Shown here: positions 15,976 through 35,511 of the stretch, piece by piece | Numbering within the stretch: the stretch's first letter is position 1 | How the letters are laid out: each line of letters starts with the position of its first letter | From: the human T2T-CHM13v2.0 reference genome, Homo sapiens | Reading direction: 5' to 3' (one strand) | NCBI RefSeq assembly: GCF_009914755.1 | Contig: NC_060939.1 | DNA length: 64,000 nt | Program-made: the position numbers and the translations under genes | Notes under the pieces: generated by a model | What the model was told of the DNA's origin: nothing | The model's database searches: none | What the model saw: the letters and a program-made list of their open reading frames with translations, nothing else

Positions 15976-16764
15976 AAATCCCATTTTCTGAGGAGGAATT
16001 CAAGCAGATATTTGTAAATTCAAGCAGATATTTGCATAAGTAATGAGGAGTCAAATGTTAATCCCCAAGATGATGGGGAAAATGTCTCCAGAGCATGTCA
16101 GAGACCTTTGCAGCAGCCTCTCCCATCAAAGACCCAGAGGTCTAGGAGGAAAAAATGGTTTTATGGGCAGGGCCCAGGGTCCCTGTGCTGTGTGCAGTCT
16201 ATGGACTTGGTGCCCTGCATCCCAGCTGCTCCAGCCATGGCTGAAAAGGGCCAACATAGAGCTCAGGCCGTGGCTTCAGAGGGTGCAAGCCCCAAGCCTT
16301 GGCAGCTTCCATGTGGTGTTGAGCCTGCAGGTGCACAGAAGTGAAGAATTGGGGTTTGGGAACCTCTGACTAGATTTCAGAAGATGTATGGAAATGACTG
16401 GATGCCCAGGCAGAAGTCTGCTGCAGGGGTGGGGCCCTCATGGAGAACCTCTGCTAGGGCAGCACAGAAGGGAAATGTGGGGTTGGAGCCCCCACAGAGT
16501 CCCTACTGGGTCACCACATAGTGGAGCTGTGAGAAGACGTCCACCATCCTCCAGACCCCAGAATAGTAGATCCACTGACAACTTGCACTGTGCTCCTGGA
16601 AAAACCACAGACACTCAATGCTGGCCCATGAAATCAGCCAGGAGGGAGGCTGTACCCTGCAAAATCACAGGGATGAAGCAGCCCAAAACCATGGGAACCC
16701 ACCTCTTACATCAGTGTGACCTGGATGTGAGACCTGGAGTCAAAGGAGATCATTTTGGAGCTTT

Positions 16765-17088
<324 letters not shown>

Positions 17089-18109
17089 TATTTTGGAGCT
17101 TTAAAATTTGACTGCCCTGCTGGATTTTGAACTTGCATGGGCCCTGTAACTCCTTTGTTTTGGCCAATTTATCCCATTTGGAATGGCTGTATTTACCCAA
17201 TACCTGTACCCCCATTGTATCCAGGAAGTAACTAGCTTGCTTTTGATTTTACAAACTCACAGACAGAAGGGACTTGCCTTGTTTCAGATGAAACTTTGGA
17301 CTGTGGACTTTTGGGTTAGTGCTGAAATGCGTTAAGACCTTGGGGGACTGTTGGGAAGGCATGATTGGTTTTGAAAAGTGAGGACATGAGATTTGGAGGG
17401 GCCAGGGGCAGAATGATGTGGTTTTGCTCTGTGTTCTCACACAAATGTCAACTTGAACTATGCTCCCATAATTCTCATGTGTTATGGGAGGGACCCAGTG
17501 GGAGATAATTGGAATCATGCGGGCAGTTTTCCCCATACTGTTCTCATGGTAGTGAATAAGTCTCATGAGATCTAATGATTTTATCAGGGGTTTCTGCTTT
17601 TGCATCTTTCTCATCTTGTCTTGCTGCTGCCATGTAAGAAGTGCCTTTCACCACTCACCATGATTCTGAGGCCTCCCCAGCCATGTGGAACTTAAAGTCC
17701 ATTTAAACCTCTTTTTCTTCCCAGTCTTGGGTAAGTCTTTATAAGCAGCATGAAAATGGACTAATACGCAGACTACCTGGATTCTAACCCTAACTGCCAT
17801 TTAATAGCCATTATCAATAGCTGATATTAGGCAAGATACTTAGCCTCTCTGTAACTCAGTTTTCTCACCTGTAAAACAGGGATAATATGTACCCACCCCA
17901 CAGGGTCATCATAAAAAATCAGTCTATAATAGTGGCTGTCGCACAGTTAGTTTGGAGTGTTAGCCACTGCCATTATTACCATGGAGCTCAGTCTTTGGCT
18001 ACAAATTAATTTGTTGGGCTTATTTAAAAGTTTGGCCCAAACACATGAACAAAGAGGAAATTTGGAGAGGAAGGGCTGAATTTCTAATTCTGCCTTAGTC
18101 TCCTATTTA

Positions 18110-18592
<483 letters not shown>

Positions 18593-19749
18593 TCAGTCTC
18601 CTATTTAAAGCAAATCTGGGAGCAGCTCTCCTCAACGGGAAACAGAATGATCAGAAAAGTGAAAGTAACGTGTGTTGAGACCTTAGCAAGCACCAGGTGC
18701 CATGCATATCTTACATACAGTCTTCAAAAACCTAAGCTTTACATACTGTTATTATCTACTTCTTACGGAGGAAACAAGCGAAGAGTGATGAGCTTGCTAA
18801 TAAATGGTGGAGCTGGCATTTGATCCCAGGAGCTCTGGCTTTAAAACCCACCTGTTTAACCAAGAGTGGCAGGGATTTTTTTTTAAAATGAAACACACCA
18901 CTGTTCCTATTTCTTAAGTCTAAGCCTCTTTATATTTTTTGGAAATTCAAATATCTATACTCCTTATGAATAGCACATAAATCTACTTCCCCATCTTAAG
19001 CTCATCCCCTCTGGCTGGTCCAATAGAGTACTTTAGTTTCAAGAAAAATTTATATTTTGAGCTTCCCTGCTAAACTAGGAGTTAAAGAATGCTGACCTTA
19101 AAGCCTTGGCTGTAGCAGTAGATTTTGCCATGACTGTTGTGGAATAGGCTACTAGGCAGGGATGGGAAGAATTTGGGATGTAAAGCTGGAAATTACTGGG
19201 ATATCAATGGCTGGCACTTCTGGGTTTTATGTCTTGTATTCCCTACTACTCAAGGCCCCCAATCTTCAGTCTATGTTAGGCATTCACTGTCTTCCTTCCT
19301 ATCTCTTAATATAATGTCTTATCTGTAGGTCCTGATCCTTAGGATGATTTTTCTCTTCTAGTCTATGCTGTATCCATTTCAAGCCAAGATATCACTTTTA
19401 ACTTTCTAGGTTCTCAGGAAAGCAGGCTTCTTCCCTATCTCTATTTTGTCTAGGTTTCCTGCCCTTTAGCATCGCAGTGAAATTTTTAAAATAACAGTTA
19501 CGAGTTTCATCTATTCAGTCAGCATTCCCAGAGTACTGCTCACAAAAAATTTTTTGATTTGCTTTTTTTGTGATTGTGTATACTCTATCTTTTTTACTTG
19601 TTAGTGTCCATATCCATTTTTATTTTCAGGGTGAAATTCTCAGTGTTATACACCCTTGTTTTGTTTTGGCTTTGTATTTGAATTTGCTTCACTCTATTTT
19701 TCTCTACTTTTAAGGCTTTAAAAAAATAGGTCCTTCGGCATTTTCTTCA

Positions 19750-22250
<2,501 letters not shown>

Positions 22251-22489
22251 TGCATGTCCACTATTAATTTGTACTGAAATCTTCTAAGCTTTTCATTAAC
22301 TTGTCACTTTGTAATCGTTCTCAAGTCATAAATTACCCAACAATATCAAAAATATTTATTATTTAAGAATATCACCAACTTCTGAGCACAATTCTTTTTT
22401 CTCTTTCTTATTACATCTAGTACAGTGTCCTCTTTACTTATAATATAGGTATTCAGTAAACTTATTAATTTACCAATTTTTATTCATTA

Positions 22490-22798
22490 TTTATTTTTAT
22501 GTATTTTTAAATTTTAGAGTCAGGGTCTTGCTCTGTTGCCTAGGCTAGAGGGCAGCAGCACAGTCATAGCTCATAGCAGACTCAAACTCCTGGGCTCAAG
22601 CAAGCCTTCCCCCTCAACCTCCCAAGTAGCTAGGACTACAGGCGTGCACCACCATGTCCAGCGAATTTTTAAGTTTTTTGTAGAGATGGAGTCTCTGTAT
22701 GTCACCCAGGCTGGTCTTGAACTCTGGGCCTCAAGTGATCCTCTGCCTCGGCCTCCCAAAGTTCTGGGATTACAGGTGTGAGCTACCACGCCCAGCCC
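22490..22798 (-). mobile_element. Alu (J-like)
   Basis: Reverse Alu consensus. Confidence 0.92.
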
Positions 22799-24339
22799 TT
22801 GATTCATTACTTTAAAAAATGCAAAATCATGTCATGTAAATATCTATCCATGCTTTCTTTCTATTCCTATTAGCATTGCCTTAGTCAGGCACATGCAGTT
22901 TCTCCCTGTGGAATTTTCAGGTTTTTTTAAATATTGTCTCTTCTTCCTTCCTAAATCTTGATGGTAATTTGTTTTTGCAGTCTGGATCAAGATCAAAATT
23001 GCTGCAGGCTACCTCAACTTGTCTTTGGTTCATCCATGCTGCTCTTAAGGGAGAAAGAGAGAAAGGGTTCAGGTTCAGTTATTAAAATACCTCTTCCATG
23101 AAGTTTCCCCTAGACTGATTATTGAAAAGCTAAAGCTAATTACCTCTCTTTTTCCATCTCATTTGCGTGAAATCGTAATCTCTCCAGCTTTGTATCTAAT
23201 TATGTACTCACTCTTGCCTTAATTAAAATGTATTTAAAATCACAGAATTAGAAGTTGGAGGGGATCTTAGGAATATAATGCAGACTCCTGGTTAAATGTG
23301 GTCGAATGAGCACATTCACTTGTCGCTGATGCCTAGCCAAAGCCTTCTAAAATGTCAATATATTCAAAATGCATAAACCAACAAGGACAAAAAAACTGGG
23401 TAAGAAGATGACAGTGACTACACTTCAAGAGTTGTAAAGCCGATGGAAAGGTGGAAACTGACCTAGCAGAGTGATAACCCATTAAACTATTAATGAAAAA
23501 AACTCAGAGCAAGCCAATTCCCAGAACTCCAGAAAAGCTTGGGTATTAGAGGTGGTAGGTATCTCTGAAAGGGGAAAAATGACTGAAAAAAAAGCCATAG
23601 TTGAGGGTAGGGATACTTTACAGAAAATGGGACTTAAACGAAAGCCAATATTAGACAGTGACAACCTAGCTCCCTTCTCCAACTCGGTTCTGAGAATTCT
23701 GCAACCAGCTTACCCTCTTCAACCCACAGGAAACTGGAAAATTCCTCTTTGGGAAAATGTTCCACCCCAAGAGCAGGGAAAACCTTCCAAGCTTAATAAG
23801 ATCATTCTACACTGATCAGCCCAACCTCCTACTCTGCCTCACCTCTGGTATTGGTCTCACTGTTCTTTCTTTTAGTTTAATTTATCGTGGTAAGAACACT
23901 GAACATGAAATCTACCCTATTAACACATTGTTAGGTGTGCAATATGTTTTTGTTGTCTATAGGCACATTGTCATGCTGCAGATCTCTAGAGCTTATTCAT
24001 CTTGTTTAACTGATACTTTATGCCTATGATTAGTCACTGTCCTATAAAGGATCACCTTCAGACAATAAAGGAATTTCTCCAGCATGAAGGACAGAATGAA
24101 CAAAATGGAACTCAGAGGAAATCAAAGCAATGGAGTTGGCAGGAAAATGTGTTTAAAAAATACCTACTGTCTGTTCCTGTTGCTAGGAAAAGATATCATA
24201 TCTCCCCTTTCCCCAAAGAAAGGAGGCTTTAAAAAGGAGAATTGAGAAGAAAAGAGACTCCTGTAAGTGGAAAATGCTATAGTAGAAAAAAAAAATTCAA
24301 CAGAAGGGAAGGAAAATAAGACGAGGAAAATAAAATGGT

Positions 24340-25185
<846 letters not shown>

Positions 25186-25504
25186 ACCTTTCAAAAATTA
25201 GTACAAAAAGACATAATGAGACAGAAGAAAAGAGAAAAGCAAGTTAAAAGATCAGAGATCTAACATCTGAATAATATAATAGAAATTTCAACAAGAGAAA
25301 GAAAAAATATTGGGAAGAAAAATACTAAAAGAAATAATTTGAGAAAATTTCCCAGAACTGAAGGCCATAAATTTCTAGAATACAGGGCATGATGAAATCA
25401 AAGGAGACCCACACCAAGGTTAAAATCATTGTACAATTTCAGAAATGTTGAGATACTATAGAAAGCCGAGGAAAAGTGCTTGGTTGCCTGCAGATTAATA
25501 TTAT

Positions 25505-25521
25505 TGCCACCAGATGGCAAG
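25505..25521 (+). promoter_or_regulatory. Candidate CTCF binding site
   Basis: GCCACCAGATGGCA matches the CTCF core CCASYAGRKGGCR. Confidence 0.55.
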
Positions 25522-25834
25522 AATTCCTCAAAGGCTCTAAGTCTAAGATTTTTGTTTCATTTTCTTCTTCAGATCTTTCCAACGCATTAGAAAGGGAATT
25601 CTCATTTGGCTTCTCTCCATCTAGTCTGGCTCCATCAGAGATCTGACTCTTTTCTTCCTAAATGGCTCTGCTGGAAGGTCACTGTATAATCAGCCTGGAG
25701 GAGTAAGTGCATTCTCTTTGAGGAATTGACTCATGTGGCTTTGAGGTTAAAAGAAAGACTTTTAAGAGAATGGGCTCTGGACTGCAGTTGTCTATTGTGA
25801 ACAGAAGGACTTCTGTCATGCAGGGATTCCACAA

Positions 25835-26040
25835 AGCATTCGTTCATTCATTCTTTCATTCTTCCAACAAGTTTTATTGATGCTGACTATATGCTGGGTA
25901 CTGTGTTAGGCACTAGGAATAATACTTCAGTGAAAGAAAATCAGACATGGACTTTGTCTTCATGGAGATTAAATTCTGAGGAGAGCAACATTCCATAAAC
26001 GTATACACACACACATATATAAACAAATATATGTAGCTAT

Positions 26041-26072
<32 letters not shown>

Positions 26073-26468
26073 TTAAATAAATTGCGATGAGTGCTATGAT
26101 GAGCTAGGTATGTGGAGAAAAAGAGACCTATTAGGTCTCTGAAGAATCTGATGGATTCCTGTAAGAGTGGAAGTAAGCAGATCAGCTAGGAAGCCATTGC
26201 AGTTTTCTTAGAGGGAGATGAAGATGACTTGGATCAGGGTGATGCCAGAGGAAAGAGAAGTAGATGAATTCAAGAGAAATTGGAGGTAGAATTGACAGGA
26301 TGTGGTCACTAGATCTGGGAAGTTAGAAAGTAGATGCATTAAAGATGACTCCCCAGTCTCTGGATGAAGCAACTGGCTGGATGATGGGGTTGCCATTTTC
26401 TGAGGTGGAGAAGGCTTGGGGAGGAAGAGGTTTTGGAGGAGGGGATGGTGGATAGAATCAAGAGTTCA
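25835..26468 (-). mobile_element. L2 remnant
   Basis: 'cattcattctttcattcttccaacaag...tgctgggtactgtgttaggcactaggaat'. Confidence 0.75.
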
Positions 26469-26469
26469 G

Positions 26470-26771
26470 GGGCCTGACGCTATGGCTCACACCTGTAATC
26501 CCAGCACTTTGGGAGGCCGAGGCGGGCGGATCACCTGAGGTCAGGAGTTCAAGACCCAGCCTGGCCAACATGGTGAAACCCTGTCTCTACTAAATATACA
26601 AAAAAGTAGCCAGGCATGGTGGCACTCACCTGTAGCCCCAGCTACTCAGGAGGCTGAGGTAGGAGAATTGCTTGAACCCAGGAGGCAGAGGTTGCAGTAA
26701 GCTGAGGTTACACCACTGCACTCCATCCTGGCTGATACAGTGAGACTCCGTCTCAAAAAAAAAAAAAAAAA
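26470..26771 (+). mobile_element. Alu (S-like)
   Basis: Alu consensus; TSD aagagttcaggg. Confidence 0.95.
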
Positions 26772-27049
26772 GAGTTCAGGGTGGAATGTTAATTAAATTG
26801 GCCTTTCTCCCCAGGCATTTAGGTTATTGTTTGGATGCCACTGGTCCAGGCTAGAATGGGTTTTGCTCTGATCTACTGTGTAATAGAATGACTTGGCCTG
26901 GTTTATTTGGTTTAAATTGGCTCACAATTGGCATTCATTAAGTTAGAAACTGTTGTTAACACAGTGCCCCTAAAGAGAAATAGGAAAATCAGCTTACATT
27001 TGTACTGTCTTTTCTGATGTGGGCATTTGAGAGTTAAAGAGAACTGTCC

Positions 27050-27343
27050 AGGCTCATGCCTGTAATCTTACCACTTTGGGAGGCCAAGGTGGAGGGATTG
27101 CTTGAGGCCAGGAGTTTGAGACCAGCCTGAGCATCACAGGGAGACCCCATCTCTACAGAAAATTATAAAATTAGCCAGGCATGGTGGCACACACCTGTGG
27201 TCTCAGCTACTCAGGAGGCTGGGAGGTGGGAGGATTGCTTGAGCCCTAGAGGTCGAGGCTGCAGTGAGCCATGTTTGCACCACTACACTCCAGCCTGGGC
27301 TGCAGTGATGCCCTATCTTTAGAAAAAATAATAATAATAATAA
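27050..27343 (+). mobile_element. Alu (J-like)
   Basis: Alu consensus. Confidence 0.92.
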
Positions 27344-28433
27344 TGGGCTGAGCATCTTCTACATTTTTTGTCGCATTTGTTTGCACTCTATTCATAAGGA
27401 GCACACAGTCTGGAGGACAAGAAGCTTCTGGAAAATGCAAGCCCAGTTGTTTTGGTGGATCCTTCTGAATGATTATGCACAGGTAAGATCCTGAGTGTGA
27501 TTGTGAGGTGGCAGAGAGGAAAACTTCTTCCATTGCAAACAATATCTCTGAAGATAGAGAACATATTTGTCCTATTTTATCCCCAATATAGTGCTTAATA
27601 ACATATTTACACAGTAAGTGCTGAATGAAGCTGCTCCACCTGGGTTGTTTTCAGTCTCCAGACCTGTGTTGAACTCTCTGGAGGATTTGAAACCCCTCTT
27701 CCCGAAGAGCTGCTACATAATTAGCTGTGTGATGGGACGAGGTGCCTCTCTGGACTCAACAGGGCTTAGGACCTCATTTCCGGGGGTGCTAGGAAAAAGA
27801 CACTTCTCCTTCCTTCTTCCTACACCCCCTTCCATGGAGGTCTTTTGCCACCATCAACACCGTGTTAAGTCAGAATTTAAAACCAACTTAGCCCTCAACA
27901 TTGATGTTTTCATTTGTAACCTCAAGGTGGAACAGTTGGTTATGTACTGTGCCCATAATCAGCAGTTACCTCAGTCTTTTTCTTTGATTCATGCTTTGCC
28001 CTCTCTTTGTGCCCTACCCTTTTGTTTCGACTATATGCTATTTTGAGGGCAAGAATTGTATCTTTTTAAACTTTATATTTCCATACGACTTATTTTTGTC
28101 TCTTTTTTTTGTAATAAAAAGTGTATATTTTAAGTAGTATATACATAAACACAGTGAAACGATTACTACAGTCAAGCAAATTAACATATCCATCTCCTCA
28201 TGTTACCTTTGTGTGTGTGTGTGTTTGCATGTGTGTATTGTGATAGCACTCGAAATCTTCTCTCCATCAATTTAGAACAGTTCTTTACAGCACTGGCAAG
28301 GGGAAGGAATGGCCTGGGAGAGCCTTATCTCCCCCCCGCCGGCCACCAATTTTCATAAACTCCGCAACCCCCCTCCAGAATCATAATTAATACATAAACA
28401 AAAGTTTGTAATTATAGACAGAAGCATATTTTT

Positions 28434-28830
<397 letters not shown>

Positions 28831-29547
28831 CTACCCCAGTCTCCCTTGTGAAAAACCTGCCACTCCCACTGCTCAAGAAAGTGTTAACAAACTGTTGTTA
28901 AAGGACAGGAGCCAATGCCTGGCGAAGGCTGCAGCATTCCTCTGAAAGCTGGGGTAATGTTGTTTTTGTGCTGGTGGCCTGTCCTCTAGATTCGCAGAAG
29001 ACTCACCCTTATATAACTTGGGGTTCTTGTTTTCCTGATCCAAAGCTCTTTATTTAATAAACTCTTTGGGATAATGATATGTCTGAAGCCCTCTGAAAAG
29101 TTCCCTTTGAACTTTTATCTGAAATGATAAGAAAAAAGTCAGGCTGCACCTGGAATTCAGACTTTGTTTCAAGTTCTTTCAAAGCAATGCAGATATGGAA
29201 TATTTAAACAAACTACAATTCTGGAAAGCTTTTTAAGTGAAAGTTTTGGTTCTTAGCTTTTGGAGGTGTAGTTTGGAAATATCATACCACATTTAAGCCT
29301 CAATCTAAATAATAAAATGTGTAAAATAGTTTTCCTATATACTATTTTCCCCAGTTCAAAAGATTTTGTCTTAGTCCAAGCTTTTTTCATAAAAATTATA
29401 ATTGTTTGATAGTATAGTCAGTTAAAAAACCAAAATATGAGGTTTAAACATTGAAAAGGACGTGGTAAAATTGTCATTATTTGCAAATGACATTATCATA
29501 TATACCTGGGAAGCCTAAGGGCATCAACTTAAAAGTTATTAGAAATA

Positions 29548-29860
<313 letters not shown>

Positions 29861-30072
29861 AGTAATAGGAGCATTCACTAAGGCAGTCATTGCAAACAAT
29901 ACATAAAAATTAATAGTATTCTTATATTTCAACCACAACCAGTTCAAAAATATCACAAGTAAAATTTTTTTGATCACAAATCAAAACAACAACAACAAAC
30001 CCTAACAGGAAGTAAGCAGGACCTAGATGAATAAAAATATAAAACTTAATAGAGGACATAAAAGGATTGATC

Positions 30073-31455
30073 TCATGTCAAATTGTAATCCCCAGTGTTG
30101 GAGGGGGGACCTGGTGGGAGGTGACTGGATCATGGGGATGGGCATCACCCTTGCTGTTCTTGTGATAGTGAGTGAGTTCTCATGAGATCTGGTTGTTTAA
30201 AAGTGTGTAGCACCAAAATCAATTGCAACAAAAGCCAAAATTGACAAATGAGGTCTAATTAAGCTAAAGCACTTCTGCACAGCAAAAGAAACTATCATCA
30301 GAGTGAACAGGCAACTTACAGAATGGGAGAAAATATTTGCAATCTACTCATCTGACAAAGGTCTAATATCCAGAATCTACACAAGAAAAAAACAACCCAT
30401 CAAAAAGTAGGCAAAGGATATGAACAGACACTTCTCAAAAGAAGACATTTATGCGGCCAACAAACATATGAAAAAAAGCTCATCATCACTAGTCATTAGA
30501 GAACTACAAATCAAAATCACAACGAGATACCATCTCACGCCAGTTAGAATGGTGATCACTAAAAAGTCAGGAAACAACAGATGCTGGAGAGGGATGTGGA
30601 GAAATGGAACACTTTTACAGTGTTGGTGGGAGTGTAAATTAGTTCAACCATTGTGGAAGACAGTGTGGCGATTCCTCAAGGATCTAGAACCAGAAATACC
30701 ATTTGACCCAGCAATCCCATTACTGGGTATATACCCAAAGGATTATAAATCATTCTACTATAAAGACACATGCACACATATGTTTACTGCAGCACTATTT
30801 ACAATGGCAAAATCTTGGAACCAACCCAAATGCCCATCAGTAATAGACTGCCTACAGAAAATATGGCACATATACACCATGGAATACTATGCAACCATAA
30901 AAAAGAATGGGTTCATGTCCTTTGCAGGGACATGGATGAAGCTGGAAGCCATCATTCTCAGCAAATGAACACAGGAACAGAAAACAAAACAAAACACTGT
31001 ATGTTCTCACTCATAAGTGAGAGCTGAAGAATGAGACCACATGGACACAGGGAGGGGAACATCACACACTGCAGCCTGTTGGGGTGTGGGGAGCAAGGGG
31101 AGAGAGAGCATTAAGACAAATACCTGATGCATACGAGGCTTAAAACCTAGATGACAAGTTGATAGGTACAGCAAACCACCATGGGACATGTGTGCCTATG
31201 CAACAAACCTGCACGTTCTGCACATGTATCCCAGAACTTAAAGTAAAATTTAAAAATAAAGAAGTAAAAAATAAAATAAAAGTGTGTAGCAGCTCTCCCT
31301 TTACTCTCTTCTTCATGCTCCAGCCATGTAAGTTGTGCCTTGCTTCCCTTTCACCTTCTACCATGAGTGTAAGTTTCCTGAGGCTTCCCCAGCTATGCTT
31401 CCTGTACAGCCTGCAGAACCAAGAGCTAATTAAACCTCTTTTCTTTATAAATAAA
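30073..31455 (+). mobile_element. MSTA LTR fragment lacking both termini, ending in an A-rich tail, split by an L1
   Basis: MSTA sequence at 30073-30212 and 31292-31450; 15-bp TSD ataaaaggattgatc. Confidence 0.85.
30213..31276 (+). mobile_element. 5'-truncated L1PA (PA8-like)
   Basis: ORF2 C-terminus (ORF 30420-30968) plus 3' UTR; TSD taaaagtgtgtagca at 30198-30212 and 31277-31291. Confidence 0.95.
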
Positions 31456-31744
31456 ATAAAAGGATTGATCAGAAAATTGCATTTTATATCCATTTTTTTC
31501 TATATTAATCTATGGATTCAATGAAATCCCAACAAAAACTATAATTAAATTTTTTTTGTAACTTGACTTGATTTTTAGTCCAACTGGAAGAGTAGTTACA
31601 TGAAATTGACTGCAAAAAAAATTTAAATAGTGGTAAGGGATGACTAACCCTTAAATAGAGCCAGCCTCCAGCATGGCCCTAAATGATCTCTGCCTCCTGG
31701 TTTTTACACCCTGGAGTATCCCCTCCTATATTGTACCAGGGTAG

Positions 31745-31938
31745 TAGGGTTGCCAGATAAAATATAAGATGCCCAGTTAAATTTAAATTTCAGTTAAACA
31801 ATTTATAGTATTTTGGTATAAGTATGTCCCAAATATGTTTATATGCATGAAATATACTTGTACTAAATAATTTATGGCTTATTTGAAAATCAAATTTAAC
31901 TGGGAATACTCTGTTATTTGTTAAATCTGGCAACTCTA
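31745..31938 (-). mobile_element. MER53 palindromic MITE
   Basis: Terminal inverted repeats tagggttgccagat / atctggcaactcta. Confidence 0.85.
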
Positions 31939-32107
31939 TTAAACCAGGGTTGGTCTGTGTGACCAACAGCATAAGATAGAAGTAATGGAACATCACTTCT
32001 GGGGTTAAGTTAAAAAAGACTGTGGGTTAAGTTAAAAAAGACTGTGGTTTTTGTCTTGGACATGTGCATTCTCTCTCTCTCCCAATCTGTGTCTCTCTTT
32101 GTCCTCT

Positions 32108-33382
32108 TGAGAGGTGACAGCGTGCTGGCAGTCCTCACAGCCCTCCCTCACTCTCGGCGCCTCCTCTGCCTGGGCTCCCACTTTGGCGGCACTTGAAGAG
32201 CCCTTCAGCCCACCGCTGCACTGTGGGAGCCCCTTTCTGGGCTGGCCAAGGCCGGAGCCGGCTCCCTCAGCTTGCAGGGAGGTGTGCTGGGAGAGGCGCG
32301 AGCAGGAACCGGGGCTGCGAGCGGCGCTTGCGGGCCAGCTGGAGTTCCGGGTGGGCATGGGCTTAGCCGGCCCTGCACTCGGAGCCGCCGGCCGGCCCTG
32401 CCGGCCCCGGGCAATGAGGGGCTTAGCACCCGGGCCAGCGGCTGCGGAGGGTGTGCTGGGTCCCCCAGCAGTGCTAGCCCACCAGCGCTGCGCTCGATTT
32501 CTCGCCGGGCCTTAGCTGCCTTCCTGCCGGGCAGGGCTAGGGACCTGCAGCCCGCCATGCCTGAGCCTCCCACCCCCTCCATGGGCTCCTGTGCCCCCCG
32601 AGCCTCCCCAGTGAGCGCCGCCCCCTGCTCCACGGCGCCCAGTCCCATCAACCACCCAAGGGCTGAGGAGTGCAGGGGCATGGCACGGCGCGGGACTGGC
32701 AGCCAGCTCCACCTGCAGCCCCCATGCGGGATCCACTGGGTGAAGCCAGCTGGGCTCCTGAGTCTGGTGGGGACATGGAGAACCTTTATGTCTAGCTCAG
32801 GGATTGTAAATACACCAATCGGCACTCTGTATCCAGCTCAAGGTTTGTAAACACACCAATCAGCACCGTGTGTCTAGCTCAGGGTTTGTGAATGCACCAA
32901 TGGACACTCCGTATCTAGCTACTCTGGTGGGGATGTGGAGAACCTTTCTGTCTAGCTCAGGGATTGTAAAGGCACCAATCAGCGCCCTGTCAAAACAGAC
33001 CACTGGGCTCTAGCAATCAGCAGGATGTGGGTGGGGCCAGATAAGAGAATAAAAGCAGGCTGCCCGAGCCCCAGTGGCAATTGGGTAGGGTCCTCTTCCA
33101 CTCTGTGGAAGCTTTGTTCTTTCGCTCTTTGCAATAAATCTTGCTGCTGCTCACTTTTTGGGTCCACACTGCGTTTATGAGCTGTAACACTCACCGCGAA
33201 GGTCTGCAGCTTCACTCCTGAGCCAGCGAAACCGGGAACCCACCAGAAGCCCGAACACATCCGAACATCAGAAGGAACAAACTCTGGACACGCCGCCTTT
33301 AAGAACTGTAACACTCACCGCTAGGGTCCGCACTTTCATTCTTAAAGTCAGTGAGACCAAGAACTTGCCAATTCCGGACACA
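32108..33382 (+). mobile_element. LTR12C (ERV9) solo LTR
   Basis: Starts tgagaggtgacagcgtgctggcagtcc, ends ccaattccggacaca; CpG-rich U3, repeated CCAAT modules; 4-bp TSD ctct. Confidence 0.95.
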
Positions 33383-33915
33383 CTCTCGGTCTGGAGGAAG
33401 CAAGCTGCCATGATGTGAGCAGCCCTTATGGAGAGGTCTACAAGGCAAGGAATCAAAACCTCTGGCCAACATCAGATGAGGAACTGATGCCTGCCAACAG
33501 CAACAGGAATGAGTTAGGAGTGAATCTTTCAGCCCCAGTCAAGCTTTGAAGTGCCTGCAGCCCCTACCAACACGTTAACTGCAACTCCATAAGAAACCCT
33601 GAATCAGGACCACCCAGCTAAGCTGCTCCTAGATTCCTGGCCCTCAAAAATTGTGTGAGATAATAAATGTTGATTTAAGATGCTGAATTTGGGGGGTAAT
33701 TTGTTATGCAGCAATAGATAACCAATACACTGACCTAATTAGATATTTAATCACAAAGTTACAATGATTAAAACAGTTTGGTATATTATGCAGAAACCTA
33801 TACTTCAAGGGAGCAGTATTGAGCGTCTAAGAATGTATATATGAGAGATTTGTATATTACTCAGGCATCATTTTAAATCAATATGGAAAAGATTAATAAA
33901 TAAGTGGTATTATAA

Positions 33916-34257
<342 letters not shown>

Positions 34258-34264
34258 TAGCCAT

Positions 34265-35308
<1,044 letters not shown>

Positions 35309-35391
35309 ATCACTTAGCCATTTAGAACCTTGCCAAAAATAAAGAGAATCTCCTGTCTCCGGACTAGGCTTTCAAATGAAATGAAATGGAA

Positions 35392-35511
35392 AGTAGAGGT
35401 GGGGTTTTGCCATGTTGGCCAAGCTGGTCTCAAATTCCTGACCTCAAGTGATCCGCCCACCTTGGCCTCCCAAAGTGCTGGGATTACAGGTGTGAGCCAC
35501 TGCACCTGACC
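35392..35511 (-). mobile_element. Alu left-arm fragment
   Basis: Reverse Alu left monomer only. Confidence 0.85.

Larger units (their letters stand above)
31655..33728 (+). mobile_element. MLT1F-like LTR hosting MER53 and LTR12C
   Basis: 'ggaagcaagctgccatgatgtgagcagccc...ttgttatgcagcaatagataaccaataca'. Confidence 0.75.

Noticed and set aside
27618-28046. 142-aa ORF in apparently unique sequence
   Set aside because: Non-ATG start, no recognisable homology and no convincing splice structure.
32032-33456. ORFs of 108-206 aa and a CpG-island-like stretch
   Set aside because: Almost entirely within the LTR12C; not a host gene or host CpG-island promoter.
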